From contig JBAZFH010000001.1 in the NCBI GenBank assembly GCA_041653535.1, positions 150,175 through 214,174 of the forward strand: DNA of 64,000 nt, written 5' to 3'. The notes below the pieces were generated by a model. It did no database searches. It was not told where the DNA came from and worked only from the letters and a program-made list of their open reading frames with translations. The position numbers were made by a program, and so were the translations under genes. Source of the DNA: Patescibacteria group bacterium. GTDB taxonomy: Bacteria > Patescibacteriota > Patescibacteriia > JACRDY01. Shown here one piece after another: positions 58,149-64,000 of this stretch. The stretch's first letter is position 1. Each line of letters starts with the position of its first letter.

Positions 58149-59633
58149 TTAGCTTAATTTTTCTTTTAGTAGTTTTTGTACGGTTTCAGGATTGGCTTTG
58201 CCTTTGGTTTCTTTCATTGCCAGACCAACGAAATACTGGAAAACGCTGCTTTTGCCGCTTTGATATTGTTGTACCTGTTCAGGGTTATTTTCTATAATTT
58301 TATCAATTACCGCGTTTAGTTCATCAACATTGTCGTTTTGCGACAGATCTTGTTCGTCCATGATATGGCTGGGATCGCCACCAGTATTAAACATGATTTT
58401 TAGTATTTTTTGAGCAGAGGAAGAGTTGACCTTGTTTTGGTAAATCAAAGTGATAAACTCGGCAAAATTTTCCGGAGTGATTTTTAGATTAGAAAAATCA
58501 GACTTGGATTCATTGGTTAGTTTGAAAAGTTCAGAGGTAACCCAACCGCCAACTAACTTTGTCATTTTTTTCTTGTTTGTACTCCAAATTTCTTCGTCGG
58601 TTCCTTCGACTCCTTCCAGTGAGCTAAGCCATTCGCGCAATTCGGAGACGGTGTTTTCAGTAAAAGAAGCTAAATGTTTATCGGCGGTGATTAATTTTGC
58701 ATCTTCATGACTAAAACCATATTCTAAAATAAAACGTTCGCGCTTTTTGACCGGTAGCTCTGGCAGTTGTGCCGTTATATTTTCGTAAAAGCTTTGGTCA
58801 AAGGTGATTGGCGGCAGATCTGGCTCGGGGAAGTATCGGTAATCATGGCTTTCTTCTTTACGGCGTTGAGACACGGTCCGTTGTTTAGCCTCATCCCAAC
58901 CTCGAGTTTCTTGGATTATTTTTTCACCTTTTTCTAGTAGCTCGGTTTGACGTTTGATTTCATAATCTATAGATCTTTCGACGGTACGGAAAGAATTAAG
59001 ATTTTTTATTTCTACTTTAGTGCCAAGTTTTTTAGTTTTTTCTGGTCGGACGGAAATATTTACTTCGCAGCGCATCTGACCTTTTTCCATGTCGGCGTCA
59101 GCTACGTTTAGGGTACGTAAAATCAGCTGTAACTCTTGGCAGAACATTTTGGTTTCCGGACCACTTTCCATATCCGGTTCGGTGACGAGCTCTACTAGTG
59201 GCGCGCCGGCACGGTTGAGGTCAACCAGACTGGATGTCTTGTCACTACTGTGTTTGAGCGAGCCAGTATCTTCTTCGAGATGAATATGATTGATACGGAT
59301 TTTTTTTTCATTGATGACAAGATATCCGCCTAGACACGGAGGATTGGCAGTCGAAGTGATTTGGTAGCCTTTTGGTAAATCCGGATAAAAGTAGTTTTTT
59401 CTTTCAAAATTAAACTTTGATGCCAGCTTGCAGTTTAAGGCTAAACCAACTAGGGCAGTCCGTTCAATTGCTTGTTTATTGATTACCGGCATGGCTCCGG
59501 GTTGAGCGGTGCAGACCGGGCAGATATTTTTATTCGGCTCATCCAGATCGACGTTGGCGCAAGAACAAAACATTTTTGATTTGGTTTTGAGGTGGAAGTG
59601 GATTTCCAGACCAATTGTAGGCAAATATTTCAT
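58149..59633 (-). CDS. gatB: aspartyl/glutamyl-tRNA(Asn/Gln) amidotransferase subunit B
   Basis: N-terminal IGLEIHFHL...CSC, GatB/YqeY C-terminal domain. Confidence 0.9.
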   Translation of the reverse strand: MKYLPTIGLEIHFHLKTKSKMFCSCANVDLDEPNKNICPVCTAQPGAMPVINKQAIERTALVGLALNCKLASKFNFERKNYFYPDLPKGYQITSTANPPCLGGYLVINEKKIRINHIHLEEDTGSLKHSSDKTSSLVDLNRAGAPLVELVTEPDMESGPETKMFCQELQLILRTLNVADADMEKGQMRCEVNISVRPEKTKKLGTKVEIKNLNSFRTVERSIDYEIKRQTELLEKGEKIIQETRGWDEAKQRTVSQRRKEESHDYRYFPEPDLPPITFDQSFYENITAQLPELPVKKRERFILEYGFSHEDAKLITADKHLASFTENTVSELREWLSSLEGVEGTDEEIWSTNKKKMTKLVGGWVTSELFKLTNESKSDFSNLKITPENFAEFITLIYQNKVNSSSAQKILKIMFNTGGDPSHIMDEQDLSQNDNVDELNAVIDKIIENNPEQVQQYQSGKSSVFQYFVGLAMKETKGKANPETVQKLLKEKLS

Positions 59634-59748
59634 AGTTATTTAATTTTAGCATAAATAAAACGCGCGGGGAAGAAGATTTTTAGTCCAATATTTTGAAATA
59701 AATCAAAAAAATTGTCTGTTGGCAACCGACTTTTTTCGTAAGTAATTA

Positions 59749-60423
59749 TTAAATTATTTTTTTGACCTCTTGCCAAACCAGCTCAGCAATTTTTTCTTTA
59801 GTCATTATTTGTCCATTTTCAACGCATTCGATTAGAGCAAATCCTGGGTAATTTTTTCCAATATCCAGATAAGTTTGTTCGGCAGCTTTTAGATGGTTGA
59901 TGTCATTTTCATGGATGTCGCGTTTTTTTTCTCCGATGTATTCACGTCGTCCTTTGCCGTCAACCATTTTTTGGGATATTTCCGCGGCAACATGGAGAAT
60001 AATATTGATGTCTGGTTTTGGTATTTTAAAAATTTCGTATTCTAGGTTATACAACCAGTCGAGATATTCTTTTCTTTTTTGGGCATCAATAAATTTTGCT
60101 CCTTGATGACCCATATTTGCCGCTACGTAGCGGTTGGAAACAATAATTTTTCCTTCAGCCAACCATCGACGCATATCAAAACTAGCAGCATATCTGTCGG
60201 TAGCGTAGAAAATAGAAGCTACTTTTGGATCAACATCATTTGTTCCGCCATATTTACCATTAAGATATTCTTCGACCAATCCGGCTGATTTTTGGCCGTA
60301 GCGCGGAAAGTCGGTTACTTCAACGTTATAACCGTCGGTTTTTAGTCGATTAACCAATATTTCCGTCTGAGTGGCTTTGCCTGAACCGTCAGTGCCATCG
60401 ATGACTATTAATTTTCCAACCAT
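59749..60423 (-). CDS. tmk: thymidylate kinase
   Basis: P-loop IVIDGTDGSGKATQ and Tmk DRY-like region (TDRYAAS). Confidence 0.85.
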   Translation of the reverse strand: MVGKLIVIDGTDGSGKATQTEILVNRLKTDGYNVEVTDFPRYGQKSAGLVEEYLNGKYGGTNDVDPKVASIFYATDRYAASFDMRRWLAEGKIIVSNRYVAANMGHQGAKFIDAQKRKEYLDWLYNLEYEIFKIPKPDINIILHVAAEISQKMVDGKGRREYIGEKKRDIHENDINHLKAAEQTYLDIGKNYPGFALIECVENGQIMTKEKIAELVWQEVKKII

Positions 60424-60434
60424 ATTTTTTTAAA

Positions 60435-61913
60435 TTATTCTGATTTTTTTTCGTTGTTTTGACGAGCGGCGTATGGATTGAAGACAAAATCTTTACGATC
60501 CATAGTGGCTGCCCAGGAAATACCGGTTTGATCCATGTCAACGCGGATGTATTTGGCTAGCAGTGGTTGGACGCTGTTCAATTTTTGCCAGCAGAGCTGA
60601 GCAATACGTCTGTATGAAGCGTGGCCTTTTTTGCCGCTACGTAGAGAGATAAAATGATGTAGTTCGCGTAAGTTCCAGGTAAATAGCGTCCGATGGCGAA
60701 AAGCTAGCGGTACCAAGTATCCGGCTTCAAAAGGAAACTTGGTACTGATTTTTTGGTAAGCGTCAGCAGCGGCATCCATGGCTTTTTTGTAATCATCGCC
60801 AAATCCAGCCTCGACAATTTCGTCCGGAGTTTCGTAGCCGTGAACAGCGGTGACTAATTGGTTAGTTTGCGTGCACATACGGTGACGTTGGACGTCGCGG
60901 AAAGCACCGTAGTCCATTAGGATGTCAAAAGTATAATAGATGTGTTCAAATTCACGTAAGGGCGCGTCAAAGGTAGCACGGCGATTCAGCGCCTCGTCGA
61001 TGATTTTTTCTTTTTGATTCGTTGTCATTTGCTTTACTTGTTCGATTATTTGCTGATAGGGAATGTCTGAGAAGCGGTAAAGCAGGGCGGCAATCAGTTT
61101 ATTCTCAGCGTCGGTGTCGTAGTCGACGATATTTACCGGTTCTTCGGTTGGTTGGATTTGTTTTCTATTAAATATTTCAGAAGCGATATTTTTCAGGGAT
61201 TTGCCGGTAGCTTTTTGGTATTCGTTAATATCGGCGAATTTGATCAATGTCGGCACTTCGGCAATGCCGGCATTTTTTATATCTTCGCCAATATTATTCA
61301 TTTCCTGGAGTGGATGAGAAAGTAGTTTGACTATCAAGTGTTCGAGCGTTCTGGCGTTCACTGTCATGCCAAGATTAGTTAGTGTACCGGCCGGCAGTAA
61401 GTAACGGGCGTTATCGCAGGTACGAGATTTGCAAACACTGGCATAAATTTTTTCGCCTTGTTCTGGAGTTGGCGGATATTTATTTTTAATAAACTCGCCT
61501 AACGGACCCATGATTTTTTCGTAAGTATCAAAAAGCAGATTGATAGTATTTTTGTATAAATCGGCAAATTCCGAGTTCATTATGTTTTCCGGGTAATAAC
61601 ATCGGTCGCGGGTAAAGATTTGATAGCGAGTAGATTTTTCAGTGAAAGAAGCGAGACGGCAATCCTCGATGATTTTGGTGGCAATAATAGAAACGTTTTC
61701 CATGGCAATGGAAAGGAAGGCATGTTCGGCAACAGAGGAATGGCCATAGCCGACTACCCACTTTTCATGAAATTCCGCTGATTTGGCTTCGGTTAGCTCT
61801 TTAGCAATTTCGTCAAAAGACTCTGGACTACGTGAACATTTGGCGAAAGTCACGGCGCGGACTTCGGGCATAAGTTCGTGGCTAAGAGTGTAGATACGGC
61901 GGACATTAGACAT
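60435..61913 (-). CDS. thyX: FAD-dependent thymidylate synthase ThyX, tandem-duplicated (pseudo-dimeric) form
   Basis: The N-half has GHSSVAEH but a degenerate RHR. The C-half has PLREFEHIYYTFD plus RDVQRHRMCTQ (RHR motif) and LRSGKKGHASYRRIA. Confidence 0.8.
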   Translation of the reverse strand: MSNVRRIYTLSHELMPEVRAVTFAKCSRSPESFDEIAKELTEAKSAEFHEKWVVGYGHSSVAEHAFLSIAMENVSIIATKIIEDCRLASFTEKSTRYQIFTRDRCYYPENIMNSEFADLYKNTINLLFDTYEKIMGPLGEFIKNKYPPTPEQGEKIYASVCKSRTCDNARYLLPAGTLTNLGMTVNARTLEHLIVKLLSHPLQEMNNIGEDIKNAGIAEVPTLIKFADINEYQKATGKSLKNIASEIFNRKQIQPTEEPVNIVDYDTDAENKLIAALLYRFSDIPYQQIIEQVKQMTTNQKEKIIDEALNRRATFDAPLREFEHIYYTFDILMDYGAFRDVQRHRMCTQTNQLVTAVHGYETPDEIVEAGFGDDYKKAMDAAADAYQKISTKFPFEAGYLVPLAFRHRTLFTWNLRELHHFISLRSGKKGHASYRRIAQLCWQKLNSVQPLLAKYIRVDMDQTGISWAATMDRKDFVFNPYAARQNNEKKSE

Positions 61914-61917
61914 AAAA

Positions 61918-61968
61918 TTGGGGCTAGGAATTAGGAGTTGGGAACTAGGATCTAGGAACTAGGAATGC
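61918..61968. repeat. degenerate heptad array (GANYTRG)x7 abutting thyX start codon
   Basis: TTGGGGCTAG GAATTAG GAGTTGG GAACTAG GATCTAG GAACTAG GAATGC. Confidence 0.6.
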
Positions 61969-61994
61969 TAATAAATAAGGAAATTGAGAAATTG

Positions 61995-62023
61995 TCTCCC
62001 TTCGGGAGATGTCCCGAAGGGAC
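61995..62023. other. twin adjacent perfect hairpins with UUCG and GAAG tetraloops
   Basis: TCTCCC-ttcg-GGGAGA immediately followed by GTCCC-gaag-GGGAC. The same loop types appear on either strand. Confidence 0.6.
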
Positions 62024-62048
62024 AGAAATTAAGAAATAATTTTTACTC

Positions 62049-62089
62049 TGGACTGTGGACTGTGGGCTCTGGACTTGGGATCCCGGACC
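62049..62089. repeat. second heptad array (GGACTGT GGACTGT GGGCTCT GGACTTG GGATCCC GGACC) abutting dut stop
   Basis: 7-nt period with GG(A/G)CT cores. Confidence 0.55.
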
Positions 62090-62093
62090 GATT

Positions 62094-62525
62094 TTATTTT
62101 CCGGTTGAGCCGTAGCCACCGCGACTGTTGCTTTGCATTTGATCAGTTTCTTCCCATTCGGTTTTATCGATACGGATAAAAACGGCTTGCCCGATGCGTT
62201 CGCCTCGGTCAATCGTTACTTTATTGTCCGTGAAATTATAGACTTGCAAAAGAATCTCGTCTTTTTCACCGCAATAGTCTTGATCAACTATACCCAGGCC
62301 GTGGGGAATTAGTAGACCTTTTCTTTTCGGTGTGCTGGAACGAGGAACTATTGCTAGCATATAGCCGGGAGGTGTTTCGATGATTAAGTTGGTGGGAATC
62401 ACGGAGACGGTTTTAGCAGGTATAGTCATGGCTGTCCTGCTATATAAATCAAAAGCTACCGACCCGGGAGTTTGATAGTCGGGTAGTGGCAAATCTTTTT
62501 CGATTCTCTTTATTTTAACTTTCAT
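62094..62525 (-). CDS. dut: dUTP diphosphatase
   Basis: Conserved dUTPase motifs (AFDLYS, PRSS..KKGL, GIVDQDYCGE, RIAQ). Confidence 0.9.
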   Translation of the reverse strand: MKVKIKRIEKDLPLPDYQTPGSVAFDLYSRTAMTIPAKTVSVIPTNLIIETPPGYMLAIVPRSSTPKRKGLLIPHGLGIVDQDYCGEKDEILLQVYNFTDNKVTIDRGERIGQAVFIRIDKTEWEETDQMQSNSRGGYGSTGK

Positions 62526-63075
62526 TGATTTTTTTTAATATCTTTTCGATTTGTTCTTGCAATTCTGCTAGAGTGCCGTTGTTGGTGATGGTAAGATTAG
62601 CGGTTTGACCAGTGGGGCCGATTTCGTTTTCGGCTTCGGCGTGTTGTTCAACTTGAAACTCAGCAAAGGTTTTGTTTTTATCATCGGTGTTTTCGCCACG
62701 GTCAATAATTCTTTGGTAGCGGATTTTTTCATCAGCCGTTAGGTAGATGAGGTAAAATCCGGGAATTTCTTTGAGATAGCTTATATCGGCCAGACGGCGA
62801 ACGCCGTCGACGGTAATAATTTGTGCTGGATCATTTTTTACGTCTTCAGCTATAACTTTGGCAAAAATATTTTCGTTAAAATTTTGCCGCAAGATCATCG
62901 AGAGATTTTGCATGTTTTTACGGTTGATCTCAAGATATAGGCGATCTAAAACATCTCGCAGGATGGTTGAGAAACGATAAGACGGAGCGTTGTATTTTTC
63001 TTTTAGATATTTGCAGGCGGTGCCTTTGCCGCTGACCATCTCACCGACAAAACCTAATATTATTTTTTTTGCCAT
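62515..63075 (-). CDS. P-loop nucleoside/nucleotide kinase-like protein (specificity unknown)
   Basis: Atypical P-loop LGFVGEMVSGKGT. Size and context suggest a dNMP-kinase-type role. No firm family call. Confidence 0.5.
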   Translation of the reverse strand: MAKKIILGFVGEMVSGKGTACKYLKEKYNAPSYRFSTILRDVLDRLYLEINRKNMQNLSMILRQNFNENIFAKVIAEDVKNDPAQIITVDGVRRLADISYLKEIPGFYLIYLTADEKIRYQRIIDRGENTDDKNKTFAEFQVEQHAEAENEIGPTGQTANLTITNNGTLAELQEQIEKILKKINES

Positions 63076-63078
63076 ATT

Positions 63079-63570
63079 TTACATGTTATCGTAGTGAACC
63101 ATTTCTGAACTTAATAATTCATAAATCACTCCAGCTTGGGAAAAAATATCTTTACTACGTTCGCCGGCATGATAGTCAAATTCGCACACCACGCGTTTGA
63201 TACCGGAATTAATAATCATTTTGGCGCAGGTGTAACAAGGAGTCATTTTACAATAAAGAGTGCCGTTTTCTAAAGAGATGCCTAGACGGGCTGCTTGGCA
63301 GATAGCATTTTGTTCGGCGTGAGTAGTGCGGATGCAATGTTGACTTTCATGACCGTCGGGATGACGAACGACGTGAAATTCGTGACCGACTTCGTCGCAG
63401 TGATCGCAGCCAGAGGGTGAACCCACATAGCCGGTGACCAAAAGTTGTTTGTTTCTCGCAATGCAACAACCGCTTCTACCTCGATCACAAGTAGCACGAG
63501 CTGCCGCCGCGCGGGCAATACCCATAAAGTATTCATCCCATGATGGTCGCGTATAAGTGTTTTCTGACAT
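63079..63570 (-). CDS. dCMP deaminase (CMP/dCMP-type zinc deaminase)
   Basis: HAEQNAI (HxE) and PCYTCAKMI (PCxxC) zinc-binding motifs. Confidence 0.85.
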   Translation of the reverse strand: MSENTYTRPSWDEYFMGIARAAAARATCDRGRSGCCIARNKQLLVTGYVGSPSGCDHCDEVGHEFHVVRHPDGHESQHCIRTTHAEQNAICQAARLGISLENGTLYCKMTPCYTCAKMIINSGIKRVVCEFDYHAGERSKDIFSQAGVIYELLSSEMVHYDNM

Positions 63571-63644
63571 AAAAAAAGAGATTAGTTTATAGCCTCCTAG
63601 TTAGTTTATTTTATCAGAACGAAACGGGCGGGGAAAGGGGATAA

Positions 63645-63678
63645 CTAAAAAATCCGCTTTTGCGGCGGATTTTTTAGT
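63645..63678. terminator. rho-independent terminator downstream of rplA (minus strand)
   Basis: AAAAAATCCGC-ttttgcg-GCGGATTTTTTAG. Confidence 0.6.
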
Positions 63679-63702
63679 TATAGATCGGTTATAGAAGTTG
63701 TT

Positions 63703-64000
63703 TTAAGCGGCATTGATACGAATGCCGGGACCCATAGCTGTGCAAACAGTAATACTTTTTATGTAAGTACCTTTAGACGATGATGGTTTGGCTTTTTTTA
63801 CCGACTCGATAAAGGCGTTGAAGTTTTCAGTCAGCTTTTCCTTGCCAAAAGAGACTTTGCCGATTATTTGGTGGATATTAGAAGTAGCATCGTTTTTGAA
63901 GGTAATTTTCCCTTTTTTCAATTCCTCGACTGTTTTTTTGATATTAGTGGTAATAGTTTCGTTTTTTGGCGATGGCATCAAGCCTCGAGTGCCGAGAATT
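63703..64000 (-). CDS. rplA: 50S ribosomal protein L1, C-terminal part (5' end beyond window)
   Basis: C-terminal L1 signature ...GKVSFGKEKLTENFNAF...KGTYIKSITVCTAMGPGIRI. The frame is open to the window edge. Confidence 0.75.
   Translation of the reverse strand, partial: ILGTRGLMPSPKNETITTNIKKTVEELKKGKITFKNDATSNIHQIIGKVSFGKEKLTENFNAFIESVKKAKPSSSKGTYIKSITVCTAMGPGIRINAA

Noticed and set aside
61952-62212. 86-aa minus-strand ORF spanning the dut-thyX spacer
   Set aside because: It is driven entirely by the heptad arrays and hairpins. It overlaps the dut C-terminus in another frame and has an implausible composition.

Overview
AT-rich bacterial chromosomal window with compact, SD-poor genes, dense housekeeping content and a reduced-genome flavour. 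The gene content fits a Patescibacteria/CPR-like or other small-genome monoderm-type organism, but that placement is an inference. The standard genetic code is in use: RF2 is present and genes end in TAA/TAG/TGA. Housekeeping genes are ogt, prfB, tsaC, rsmA, comFC, recG, mpg, clpC, htpX-lemA, PGM/PMM, murI, rseP, pheST, dnaE, thrS with a T-box leader, miaB, miaA, gatB, a thymidylate/dNTP cluster (tmk, fused tandem thyX, dut, a P-loop kinase, dCMP deaminase) and the rplA tail. There are two tRNA-Ser and one tRNA-Arg(GCG). The stand-out accessory region is an ~19 kb Gram-positive-type (PrgI/PrgJ-like) type IV secretion-like module at 5.9-24.8 kb. It is driven by a consensus sigma70 promoter and encodes a Ca-binding membrane protein, a 2,921-aa Cys-rich secreted giant protein, a VirB6-like polytopic protein with a coiled-coil tail, two unknown proteins, a PrgI/VirB3-like protein, a VirB4 ATPase split into two ORFs, and a PrgL/VirB8-positioned membrane protein. 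No relaxase, coupling protein or integrase is present, and comFC lies immediately downstream. A second accessory block at 29.2-34.7 kb holds two tandem paralogous TrbC/VirB2-like pilin-fold proteins that share a 100%-identical 276-bp core; one is fused to a VanY/M15 peptidoglycan peptidase. Next to them are a PD40 beta-propeller membrane protein and an acidic tandem-repeat membrane protein. A dispersed family of degenerate 7-nt-period G-rich arrays, one of which is a canonical G-quadruplex motif, sits in three gene-start-proximal intergenic spacers. Several structured non-coding stretches are also flagged: the T-box with extra hairpins, twin UUCG/GAAG hairpins, and a 320-bp GC-rich spacer.
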